This document shows positions 34,201-43,047 of a stretch of DNA of 64,000 bases, piece after piece. A model generated the notes under the pieces. It searched no databases. It had not been told where the DNA came from and saw only the letters and a program-made list of their open reading frames with translations. The stretch is from a virus. The DNA lies in the IMG/VR virus record IMGVR_UViG_3300027741_000040, positions 1-64,000 of that record; one strand, given 5' to 3'. Both the position numbers and the translations under genes were made by a program. How positions within the stretch are numbered: position 1 is the stretch's first letter; every line of letters begins with the position of its first letter.

Positions 34201-36745
34201 TAGTCTATTTAGTTTAGGAAATAATACTTATCAGATCACCAAGAGTCCCTATCAAAAATATTCGTTACCCAGTCTGAATCAGTGGCATAAAGCAGCTTAT
34301 TTCGTTCCAGGAGAATCACTTGCTAGTAGCGGCACCTCTAGTGTATTAATTAGAAGAGATACTCCATATATAATAAACACAGGAGTTAGCGCTAGCGGTA
34401 CTTCATATATTAATTATGCTAGTTTAAGCGTTAGTGGATGGATATTTGCAGATAAATTAAAACTTGGAGATGGATCATTTAGTAGTAATATTGGTGACGA
34501 TAATAGCAGTCTATCATTATTAAATGGAACTCTTATATTACAATCTGGAGCTCAGTCTCAAAAAGCTCTTATTGGAAATCAAAATAATGTAATTATCAAT
34601 AATTCTGGTCCAGAATGGAATGGCACATACGGAAATGTAATATCTAATACTGGAATAGTACTATCTGCGAATGGAGATATGTCTCTTGTCTCAACTGGTG
34701 CGGTGAAAATATATTCCCCACAAAGCATTAGGATGAGTGGCCTTATTCTTGATTATCTGCAATATAAGAATTTAATAAAAGTAGACGTATCTGGATCCCC
34801 CATCGCGACATATAACGGAACACTCAGTGGCTTACTATTTAAAGAAAATACCTCGACTGCTACTGCCACCGATATAATGGTAATAGCAAATGGCAAAATG
34901 ACTATGCCTAGTGGGGGTATCAATAAGCCTTTATATCTTGATCAAAATCATGCAATCTCATCGTATTCCGGAATAGATCTGAATCAGGATGGAGTTACGG
35001 TCACCTCTTCGCTTACTGTTGACTCAATAAGAATTGGAAGCGGATTAGAATATTATAAAGGTAGTATTTTAACTCATAATGGAGCAGATCCGGCTACATG
35101 GGAACCGGCAGAATATTTGAAAGCAGAAGGCATATTGTGGCACAGATATCCAAAACGTCCAGTAATGGTTTATCAAGATAAGTTGGTGTTCACAGATGCT
35201 TCTGCATCAACATTAGCAAGTGAATTTTCTTATAGTGATACTATTGCTGTTATCAACGCAGATACAAGAGAAACGAAGTATATTAAGGCTGCCTATGAGA
35301 CAAAAAATATAATCGATGGAGATCATCCAACGACTATCCCAACTGCAATATTCAGCAACGGCACCGAGCTTAGGTACTGTCCAAAAATCACTTGGTCTAG
35401 TGATGTTTGTTCTGGAGTATCCGGTTATGCATATTCTGTTACCAAAGGAGGATATTTATCAATACAGATTGAGCAAGAACATAATCAAGATATAAAGTCG
35501 TCATTTATATGTAGTCCTGATAGCACAGGGTATTATAAACCCAGTACATTAAATACTATTAGTACCAGACCAAATCAGCCCACTGCTTTTAATCTTTTGG
35601 GTGAGAATATTGATTTTGCAATTTATGGTGCCAAAAATACTCTCTATCATAGGTATGATGATGCATTATTCGGGCTAGGGGCCGACGGTTTGCCAGTAGG
35701 ATTATCTCCAGCGCTAAAAATTAATGCTAGGGTCGATAATGCCGTTTATGGAGATGCCTCTTCTGGAGTATATTTTGCAGGATATACAGACGCTGGACGA
35801 ACCATGCCTTCTGGATATGTAGTAGACGAAAGAGCCAAAATATCAATTAATACCAATAATAATTATCTAATATCGTCTATTCCAAGTGGAGCAAATAGTC
35901 TTGGTCTATATGCTGATCTATCAGTAAATGGATATACATATAGTAGTGGAATAATATCAAATAATATTTATTTAAGACCACTGCCTAATATTAGTGGTAC
36001 TGCTCAATATGTTATTAATGCTCCACTAACGATTAATCAATATGGACAAATTATTTCACAAGTTCCAGAAGCTGCCCCTACTATTCCTGGTAGTCCCACT
36101 TCTATTATTGGAGAAGTAGGAAATAGTGCTGTTACATTGAACTGGGTAGAGCCAACCAATAACGGCGGAAGACGTATCATTAATTATTTGATAGAATATT
36201 CTGTTAATCAAGGGGCTCTTTGGACAACATATACTAAACCAGTATCCTCATCAACAAGTCTATCTATAACTGGTTTAACTAATAATGTAGAATATTTATT
36301 TAGAGTATCTGCAATCAATAGCATAGGCACTGGAGCTCCATCATTAGTATCTAGTTCATTTACTCCGCTTAGTAACAGACCATCACAACCCCGATCTCTC
36401 TCAGTAACCAGAGCATCCTTATCTGCTATATTAAGTTGGACAATACCAATCTATGGATCTCCCACAAACTATATAGTAGAATATTCAAGCGATAACGGAA
36501 ATACATGGTCAACATATCCGGATCCAGACACGATTTCTACTAGCACCACAGTTACTGTGACCGGACTATCTGATTTTAATAGATATATATTTAGAGTTAA
36601 GGCAGAGAATGCTAATGGTTATGGAGCATATGCAGAGGTGATAAGTTTAGGAACAGATCCCTATGATCCTCCAACAGATCCGGTAAACGATAATACATCA
36701 TTATGGGATTTTGGTAAAATAACATTTACAGGAGTTTGTGTATGA
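31292..36745 (+). CDS. Large tail fibre/adhesin (1817 aa) with an inserted FGE-sulfatase (SUMF1)-like domain and two C-terminal FN3 domains
   Basis: SYYGTYDQNGNVAEW, GGSW, VGFRV and LPSLNQWHKAAY motifs; FN3 repeats at about 36075-36650; internal repeated units W(N/H)(K/R)Y..R...EFS..D.IA.I...S.TKG.YL...F.VYG. Confidence 0.8.
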   Translation: MTNSLTKIFDTIGFSFRTKNNFFIPAEPIKGYNTLNSSHLGYYIPYLVRNYSANGSLQYEVGVGYITLDGTDIVVDRYKVVKSSSNDQKVDFAPSGKSEFYVFANESNFNTGFNNVIVKNSSFTVDAIQAIYLLDASKSSIDIVLPPNDKSDNLVLEFKLIAGENPVIIRDPHGSIIHSLSYSGDRYTKLAYNNSWYHIKEDKQSSFSTESFDENTFSSQANATGDIYSFQYNSDGTNLAGSKMYWSSGNTNKLLLGSSSESLAHTIIPTSGSGNVIFNNDRTSSDFIVRGSGNKNLWFTYDGRIGLNMPSGTSPQTIFHIVNDICHEGFRIENRSACHAANITLYHKPSGNISNNSIVGELTLAGKNNASGNKIDYVRILSRAKDPSATPQGRFELVVESAGNGISTLVSDPSATVVGYSNNSLVVSGNTSSKLGFTNTNLNLTNATATLKGSTIKLESQNIVFGSGNVGTVTLPSLVASNIQTNNIYLPSIGPNTVLSTDSNGNVSAASATVRFPSIPADRILTTDVGGSVTGVYRTDSFFYTDRDITWNKYAQRTASICLRQVILDAACPIEEFSVNDQIAIITNTQIFYRQITSLDISGNNIVGMLVNQNLTANTVSNVRIISITKGAYLNLEMYTEKGTAADATSIVLSLRPNKSTVFNAQHKDIDFLVYGLDNSPTLSIKANNGRSSAQSGEYSVYATHQMGNLFPVPVTTLGEGANNTNNSANYNRTASGLFSGMVTSVGTNGLPSYYGTYDQNGNVAEWVEDPSTVSTSSSQFAVGGSWLSSSVNALRSIIPYSVSSGYQDVGFRVSSSYGLVDSSYISNDLGFRFVSIGNLNNNADLSTIYTNSSSGTPVPSSINNLGVVNKNYRIGITETTNSQYVKFLNSVASTDPFGLYDSNMSGSLIGGISRSGIEGSYSYYTKTNMEAKPVVFVDYLSAIRFTNWLHNGTPTGTGLSDFVTEDGAYSLFSLGNNTYQITKSPYQKYSLPSLNQWHKAAYFVPGESLASSGTSSVLIRRDTPYIINTGVSASGTSYINYASLSVSGWIFADKLKLGDGSFSSNIGDDNSSLSLLNGTLILQSGAQSQKALIGNQNNVIINNSGPEWNGTYGNVISNTGIVLSANGDMSLVSTGAVKIYSPQSIRMSGLILDYLQYKNLIKVDVSGSPIATYNGTLSGLLFKENTSTATATDIMVIANGKMTMPSGGINKPLYLDQNHAISSYSGIDLNQDGVTVTSSLTVDSIRIGSGLEYYKGSILTHNGADPATWEPAEYLKAEGILWHRYPKRPVMVYQDKLVFTDASASTLASEFSYSDTIAVINADTRETKYIKAAYETKNIIDGDHPTTIPTAIFSNGTELRYCPKITWSSDVCSGVSGYAYSVTKGGYLSIQIEQEHNQDIKSSFICSPDSTGYYKPSTLNTISTRPNQPTAFNLLGENIDFAIYGAKNTLYHRYDDALFGLGADGLPVGLSPALKINARVDNAVYGDASSGVYFAGYTDAGRTMPSGYVVDERAKISINTNNNYLISSIPSGANSLGLYADLSVNGYTYSSGIISNNIYLRPLPNISGTAQYVINAPLTINQYGQIISQVPEAAPTIPGSPTSIIGEVGNSAVTLNWVEPTNNGGRRIINYLIEYSVNQGALWTTYTKPVSSSTSLSITGLTNNVEYLFRVSAINSIGTGAPSLVSSSFTPLSNRPSQPRSLSVTRASLSAILSWTIPIYGSPTNYIVEYSSDNGNTWSTYPDPDTISTSTTVTVTGLSDFNRYIFRVKAENANGYGAYAEVISLGTDPYDPPTDPVNDNTSLWDFGKITFTGVCV

Positions 36746-37260
36746 AACTTAAGTTCAAAAGAGATGAAACAAGTAACGGTATCCCTGACTTTGCTCAGGT
36801 AGATGTTGGCGAACTAGTAATGAATAGCGTAACTGGTAAACTTTACACAAAGCTCATTGATGGTAGCTTGGTTGAATTTAGTAGTCAAAAAGTATGCTAT
36901 GGTCCAATTCCATCAATCTCATATTCAGAGGTTAATAATTTTTGTTGTTTTGGAGATCTATTAACTGTTACGGTCAGTGATCTTTTACCAGAACCAAAAA
37001 TTTATAGTTTTGAATTCACAGAACTAACCAATAATAACTCTACGGTAGTTGTAAATTCCCCAAGCTACAGCAACTATGTTGTTTCTGGAACACAAGGAAT
37101 ACCAAACGGACAATCGGTACATTTAAGACAAGCGACCATACCGATTAATCTTAGTATTAATGGCACCAATAATATTAGTATATTTAAATTAGGAGTAGTA
37201 TCAAGTAATATTACAGTAACAGAAAAAACTATAGCCATATCGTGCAATACATGCTCATGA
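36742..37260 (+). CDS. Fibre-associated protein with an Mtd-N/hyaluronidase-N-like N-terminus
   Basis: ATGA-coupled start; KLKFKR...VGELVMNSVTGKLY motif. Confidence 0.55.
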   Translation: MKLKFKRDETSNGIPDFAQVDVGELVMNSVTGKLYTKLIDGSLVEFSSQKVCYGPIPSISYSEVNNFCCFGDLLTVTVSDLLPEPKIYSFEFTELTNNNSTVVVNSPSYSNYVVSGTQGIPNGQSVHLRQATIPINLSINGTNNISIFKLGVVSSNITVTEKTIAISCNTCS

Positions 37261-37287
37261 GAATACTATAGAACATAGGAAACTAAT

Positions 37288-40200
37288 ATGATTAATATTT
37301 ACGAACATAGTAGTCTAGAATGTGATTGTGGAATACTGGTTAATTTTAACCCAGTATTTTCTATTGTACCCCCGATAGGGAACGGTATTGCTCCAACAGG
37401 AGCCACCCCTAATCTACCATTAGAAGATACTTATGTTCTACACTTTAGCGTTAATTCTGTGTCACCATCCGGATCCTTGGTAACATTATCTCCAGATACG
37501 TATACTATCAATAACAGTAGAATTTTCATACCTACCACTACTGTAAAAATTAACTCAAAATATAAAGTTAATACTCAAGCTTTATTAAAATTAGTTATTA
37601 CTGATGTTTATAATCAAGAGCTACATACTGAATATACTGAGGTAGTTTGTTTACCTGATGTTATTATTCGTCAAGGTACATCAGGACAAAACTCCATAGA
37701 TGAATCTGGACAAACTATTTCTTTAGATACTACAGATCTTGAAGTTGGAATGGATGTGACAGGTACCAATATTGATGGAACAGCTGTGGTTTCCAGAATT
37801 ATTGATAGAAGAACAATTAAAATAACAGGAAAAACCAAATCACTAGCTGGTATTTATACCTATAAATTTGCCAAAGCTTCTTGTGGAACAGTTGTTGATG
37901 GTTTGCCAAGCTATATTTATTTGAACAAAGACAACAACTGGTCATATACATATAATGGTCAATTAATAGTAAAATTTGTACCAACAGATACTAATGCTAA
38001 TATAAGGGTGGTTCTTCCAGCAACAAACACCAAATTACCATCAAAAAATTCATATTATCAAATTCCTAATACAAGCTTATTTAAGCTAGTTGGTTTGGCA
38101 GTCCCTGGGAATTCTTCCATATGTAGTAAAGAAATTTGTCCATCAATATTAGGACAACTTATTTATGATGGAGACAGTTATGCTAATGGAGATAGCGTTA
38201 CGGTCGAATATAATGGATTCACCGTTTCTGGATCACTTAAAAGCCTACTAACCACATTATCTGAATCTCCATATGTTACTCCCACACTTACTCCTTCAGT
38301 AACTCCTTCTATTACTCCATCAATAACAATAACCCGCACCCCTACAGTTACGCCCACTGTTACTAGAACACCAACGGTAACTCCCACAGTAACGCCTAGT
38401 ATAACACCGACGATCACCGTAACAAACACGATTACTCCTAGCATTACAGTTACTCCAACCATTACTATAACTCCTACAGTAAGCATTACGGCTACTCCCA
38501 CAATAACGCCAACCATTAGTATTACGCCGACAATTACTGTTACTTCCACAATTTCTCCAACCCCCACAATAACCATCACTCCGTCTAGATCAGCATCTCC
38601 AGCATATTATGTTTATGCTTGGGGAGATGATACTAATGGAGAGTATGGAACCGGGAATACAACAGCTTCAACGACTCCATTACTCACAGACACTAATAGT
38701 AGTTTTGTTAAGTTTGCATGTGGAGATAATCATACGGTAGCTATTAATAGTTATGGTGAATTATATTCTTGGGGAAGTAATGCTCTTGGTCAATTAGGAG
38801 ACGGAACAACCAATGACACCTTGACACCCATCAGGATAGGAACTTCTAATGATTGGGTTGATATTCAAGCTAGTATTAATTATACTTTTGCACTTAATAG
38901 TAGTGGTAAAATATATGCATGGGGAAGTTCTTATGGATCATCTCCGACACTTATGTTTGGAACATGGAAAAAGATGAGTGCTGGCGGAACAAGTATGGCT
39001 ATGATATCTATGGATAATAAACTATATACATTTGATTATGGTAATGGATTAGATATTAGCGCTAATAAAATCCAGGTTGGAACTAATAGTAATTGGGTCT
39101 CTATTTCAATGGGCAATACTAGCTTAGCAGCTATCAATAGTTTGGGTCAGCTATATGTAACCTCCTCTGCCGATTACCAGTATTCATCGAGCTATGGGTG
39201 GGCTTATATTTATACTTTAATTAAATATGGATCTGATACTAATTGGTCTTCTGTTGTATGTCTTGGAGGCATACCTCCCGGAGACGGATATTCTGAGGCT
39301 AGTATAATATTTGCTCTTAAAACTACTGGCGAAATTTATTATTACGGTAGGGACTGGTATGCTGCTTATAATGGCGTTTATTATGGTTATTCTAATTTTG
39401 GTTATATTGATCCTATGACTAAAATTGGAACATCTAGTAATTGGACACAAATTTTTGGAGTTATGAATAATACCGCTAGTAATCGTGGAATATTTAGATT
39501 ATATGCTATTAATAGTTCTAATCAGTTATATGGATTTGGAAATAGCAATAATTTAGGAACCGGACTGAGTGGAGGCTTTCTATCATCTCCAACGGCTATC
39601 GGAGAACCAAACTGGGCATGGATAACAATGAATCCGGGGCGCCAACATGCTCTTGGTATTGTTTCTGCTAATTTAAGCTCTACTCCTACTCCAACAGTAA
39701 CACCAACTATCACCCCTACTCCAACAATTACTGTTACTTCTACTGTTACTCCAACGCTATCGTCCTGTCCTATAGACAATACTGATCCATATAGTGACAA
39801 TGTTTCATTATTATTACATTTTAATGGAGCTAATAATTCAACTTCGTTTGTTGATAGTAGTAAATACTCTAGTACAAATACCATTACTAGTGCTGGAAAT
39901 GCTAAAATATCCACAGACGATTATAAATTTGATAATAGTAGTTTGTATATAGATGGTGTTGGAGATTATTTGCAGATACCGGCTAATAGTTCTTTGTTTG
40001 GTTTTGGAACAGGCGATTTTACTGTTGAAGCGTGGATTAAAATTATTACTTATGGAAGTTATGATACTCAAATCCTTTCAACTGCTGGAAACTATTCGAA
40101 TTTTAGTTTTTCAGTTAAAAATAATGGAGTTTTGAATTTTTGGAATGGATCAGGCTCTACTTCATTCGGAGGAGCCAACACTGTTCCATTAAACCAATGG

Positions 40201-42477
40201 ACCCATGTTGCATTTTCAAGAGCTAGTGGTACTCTCAGAGCATATGTAAATGGCAATATGGTAGGAAGCGCATCTGTTACAACCTCATTGGTCAATACAT
40301 TGCCAATTTGTATAGGTGCTACGCCAAGCTACCCAAATAGTAATACTTGTTATATCGACGAACTTAGGGTAACTAAGGGAGTTGGCAGGTATACCACTCA
40401 AAATTTCCCCTATCACTGCCCAAGTCCTGATCCTTCGCCTACTCCAACCATTACAGCAACACCAACCATTACTCAAACTATTAGCGTCACGCCTAGTATT
40501 ACCCCAACCATTAGCATAACTCCAACCATTACCCCGACTATTAGCATAACCCCAACCATTACAATAACTCCCACAGTGAGCATCTCGGCTACTCCTACAA
40601 TAACACCAACCATTAGCATTACTCCAACCATTAGCATAACTCCCTCCATCACCCCAACTATAACTTTAACAAAAAGCCTTACCCCCACCCCTACCGCTAC
40701 TCCTGGGCCAACTCCGTTCGTATCAACATGGGATACTAGACTAACTAGTACCGGGAGTTCTAATAATTATCAAATTACCCTACCTCTTCTTTTGAATGGA
40801 ACGTATAATTTTACTGTTAATTGGGGAGACGGTAGTGTTCAAAATATAACAACTTGGGATAGTCCTCTTAAAACTCACACATATTCATATACTGGAAATT
40901 ATACCATAACTATTAGTGGAACTATTAAAGGATGGGAATTTCTATCTTCAGGAGATTGTAAAAAAATCAAATCTATTAGTTCTTGGGGACCGTTGGACCT
41001 TAATGTAACTGGATCATCTGGTAATTTTTCAGGATGTTCTAATCTTACTACTTTGCCAAGTAGTGCTGGTCCAGTATTACCTATTAATTGTTCTAGTCTT
41101 TTTGAAGGATGCTCTGCTCTCACCGGAGGAGTCTGGTACGCCCCATATGCTTTTGCTAATTTTGATACGTCCTCGGTAACTAATATGAGTTATATGTTTT
41201 CTGGATGTTCGTCATTAACCGACGGAAGCATGAGCTACTGGAACACTAGCTCGGTCACAAATATGACTGGCATGTTTCAGAATGCATCTTTGTTTAATAG
41301 TAATATCTCCAGTTGGAATGTTAGCAATGTAACTAATATGAGCTACATGTTTGCTGGGGCAACGTCTTTTAATCAGCCGTTATGGAGCACAACATCCAAA
41401 GTAGCTAATATGAATAGCATGTTTGCTGTTGCCTCATCATTCAATCAAAATTTAGCCTCTCTTAATATTTCAGCTATTACTAATATGAGTCGAATGTTAT
41501 ATTTGAGCGGAATGAGTCAAGATAATTATCATAATTTATTAATTGGTTGGGGTACGGGCTCTGGACGAACAACAAGAACTAATGTTCCTTTTGGTATTAG
41601 TCAAGAATTCCTTAGTACAAATAGTAGTGCCGTTACTGGAAGAAGTTATTTACAAGGTTTAGGATGGACCATGACCGATCATGGTAATGAAAAAACTACC
41701 ATTTTAAAGCTTGAAGGAGCTAACTCCGTTGAACTAGGATATCTGTTAAGATATCTTAATGCTCCTGGTTATACCCAAAATAAAACCAATAATGTTTATC
41801 TTGATATTAATTGGGGAGATGGCAGTGGAACCAGAGTAGTTGGAAATAACTCTTCTGCTATCAATCATACATATTCTGCTTCTGGATCTTATCTTGTAAG
41901 AATAACATTCGTAAGCTCCAGCTTTGGTTCATATTTTCAGTTTGGTAACGGATCTGTTCCTAGTATTGGTATCGACTATTATGATATTTATACTGATGTT
42001 ATTAGATTTGGAGCATATATGAGACTAGTAGATGTGGGGTTCTCTGATTTTAGTAATTTAGAGATTAGCGCAACTGATCAGCCATTGATGCCATTAAATA
42101 ATAAACTTGATTTTATATTCTACAATACTAGTTTAGCTTTGACCTCTTCTAAAAACAATTTAAGCAATTGGAATACTAGTGGTATTATTAGTATGAATCA
42201 TCTATTTGAGGCCTCTCAATTTAATGGAGATGTTCGTAATTGGAATTTTAGTTCTATTAATAATACTGGAGGTAATGGATTGAGTAACTTTGTTAGTACT
42301 CCTTTTTCGGTAGCTAATTATAGTAATTTATTAGTTGCTTTGGATGCTAATACCACAGCCTCTAATATTGTTTTAGGAGTAGGCTCGTCACAATATGTAT
42401 ATCAATCATCAGTAATTAATGCTAGGGCTTCACTAATAAGCAGAGGATGGACTATCTCTGATGGAGGAAGACAATAA
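37288..42477 (+). CDS. Multidomain adhesin (1729 aa): Thr/Pro linkers, RCC1-like propeller, LamG, PKD-like and BspA/DUF285 repeats
   Basis: RCC1-like repeats (YAWGDDTNGEYGTG, YSWGSNALGQLGDG) at about 38610-39660; LamG at about 39780-40410; PKD-like YNFTVNWGDG...THTY; BspA-type WNTSSVTNMTGMF repeats at about 41150-41500. Confidence 0.85.
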   Translation: MINIYEHSSLECDCGILVNFNPVFSIVPPIGNGIAPTGATPNLPLEDTYVLHFSVNSVSPSGSLVTLSPDTYTINNSRIFIPTTTVKINSKYKVNTQALLKLVITDVYNQELHTEYTEVVCLPDVIIRQGTSGQNSIDESGQTISLDTTDLEVGMDVTGTNIDGTAVVSRIIDRRTIKITGKTKSLAGIYTYKFAKASCGTVVDGLPSYIYLNKDNNWSYTYNGQLIVKFVPTDTNANIRVVLPATNTKLPSKNSYYQIPNTSLFKLVGLAVPGNSSICSKEICPSILGQLIYDGDSYANGDSVTVEYNGFTVSGSLKSLLTTLSESPYVTPTLTPSVTPSITPSITITRTPTVTPTVTRTPTVTPTVTPSITPTITVTNTITPSITVTPTITITPTVSITATPTITPTISITPTITVTSTISPTPTITITPSRSASPAYYVYAWGDDTNGEYGTGNTTASTTPLLTDTNSSFVKFACGDNHTVAINSYGELYSWGSNALGQLGDGTTNDTLTPIRIGTSNDWVDIQASINYTFALNSSGKIYAWGSSYGSSPTLMFGTWKKMSAGGTSMAMISMDNKLYTFDYGNGLDISANKIQVGTNSNWVSISMGNTSLAAINSLGQLYVTSSADYQYSSSYGWAYIYTLIKYGSDTNWSSVVCLGGIPPGDGYSEASIIFALKTTGEIYYYGRDWYAAYNGVYYGYSNFGYIDPMTKIGTSSNWTQIFGVMNNTASNRGIFRLYAINSSNQLYGFGNSNNLGTGLSGGFLSSPTAIGEPNWAWITMNPGRQHALGIVSANLSSTPTPTVTPTITPTPTITVTSTVTPTLSSCPIDNTDPYSDNVSLLLHFNGANNSTSFVDSSKYSSTNTITSAGNAKISTDDYKFDNSSLYIDGVGDYLQIPANSSLFGFGTGDFTVEAWIKIITYGSYDTQILSTAGNYSNFSFSVKNNGVLNFWNGSGSTSFGGANTVPLNQWTHVAFSRASGTLRAYVNGNMVGSASVTTSLVNTLPICIGATPSYPNSNTCYIDELRVTKGVGRYTTQNFPYHCPSPDPSPTPTITATPTITQTISVTPSITPTISITPTITPTISITPTITITPTVSISATPTITPTISITPTISITPSITPTITLTKSLTPTPTATPGPTPFVSTWDTRLTSTGSSNNYQITLPLLLNGTYNFTVNWGDGSVQNITTWDSPLKTHTYSYTGNYTITISGTIKGWEFLSSGDCKKIKSISSWGPLDLNVTGSSGNFSGCSNLTTLPSSAGPVLPINCSSLFEGCSALTGGVWYAPYAFANFDTSSVTNMSYMFSGCSSLTDGSMSYWNTSSVTNMTGMFQNASLFNSNISSWNVSNVTNMSYMFAGATSFNQPLWSTTSKVANMNSMFAVASSFNQNLASLNISAITNMSRMLYLSGMSQDNYHNLLIGWGTGSGRTTRTNVPFGISQEFLSTNSSAVTGRSYLQGLGWTMTDHGNEKTTILKLEGANSVELGYLLRYLNAPGYTQNKTNNVYLDINWGDGSGTRVVGNNSSAINHTYSASGSYLVRITFVSSSFGSYFQFGNGSVPSIGIDYYDIYTDVIRFGAYMRLVDVGFSDFSNLEISATDQPLMPLNNKLDFIFYNTSLALTSSKNNLSNWNTSGIISMNHLFEASQFNGDVRNWNFSSINNTGGNGLSNFVSTPFSVANYSNLLVALDANTTASNIVLGVGSSQYVYQSSVINARASLISRGWTISDGGRQ
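38275..38590 (+). repeat. Thr/Pro-rich TPTIT coding repeats (mucin-like linker 1)
   Basis: Tandem (V/I)TP(T/S)(I/V)T units. Confidence 0.9.
40425..40715 (+). repeat. Thr/Pro-rich TPTI(S/T)I coding repeats (mucin-like linker)
   Basis: Degenerate 18-bp repeats such as ACTCCAACCATTAGCATA. Confidence 0.9.
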
Positions 42478-42992
42478 TGAAAGTTTGTAATTATACTAGT
42501 ATTTTAAAGTGGTATGCTATTGAGAAAGAAGACACTATTCTGTATGGACAATTGAACTTTTGTCAAGAACTAGAGAGTTCTTCATCGATCATATTATTAG
42601 ATAATGAAACTGATTTGTCGAATTATCTTAATAACTTCTATAAAGAATCTGATTGGTATGAAAAGAATAAATCTCAATTTCCAACTATGAAATATTCAGA
42701 AGAAGCTCTTTCTGAGCTAATTAATAGGGGGCCTCCTACTAAATATGGTTGGAGACTAAGCATGGATGACGACACCTCAAACAAACTCAATGTTTTACTA
42801 TTAGGTTCTTCATCAAAAGACAAAAATCAACCAGATCCAACGATCAATATAACAGATTCTAGCGGAGATCTTCATAGTGTTCCATTGTTGGATTTTATTC
42901 AATTAGTTTTTGAATACCAACAAACCCGCCCACTATTTATGAATGTGATCAAACAGCTGAGAGAATTGTCATCAAATACTGCTAATCCATAA
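42477..42992 (+). CDS. Putative tail fibre assembly-type protein (DUF4376-like C-terminus)
   Basis: TAATG coupling to the adhesin gene; C-terminal INITDSSGDLHSVPLLDFIQLV pattern. Confidence 0.4.
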   Translation: MKVCNYTSILKWYAIEKEDTILYGQLNFCQELESSSSIILLDNETDLSNYLNNFYKESDWYEKNKSQFPTMKYSEEALSELINRGPPTKYGWRLSMDDDTSNKLNVLLLGSSSKDKNQPDPTINITDSSGDLHSVPLLDFIQLVFEYQQTRPLFMNVIKQLRELSSNTANP

Positions 42993-43014
42993 TAAATTCA
43001 TGCATAACTCATTA

Positions 43015-43024
43015 GGTGTATAAT
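43015..43024 (+). promoter_or_regulatory. Candidate late promoter GGTGTATAAT
   Basis: Intergenic, upstream of 43048. Confidence 0.6.
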
Positions 43025-43047
43025 TTAATATCAAAAAGGTAACATTT

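Noticed and set aside
33385-34305. Diversity-generating retroelement targeting the FGE/CLec domain
   Set aside because: No reverse transcriptase and no adenine-variant template repeat were seen in this window; one elsewhere in the genome cannot be excluded.
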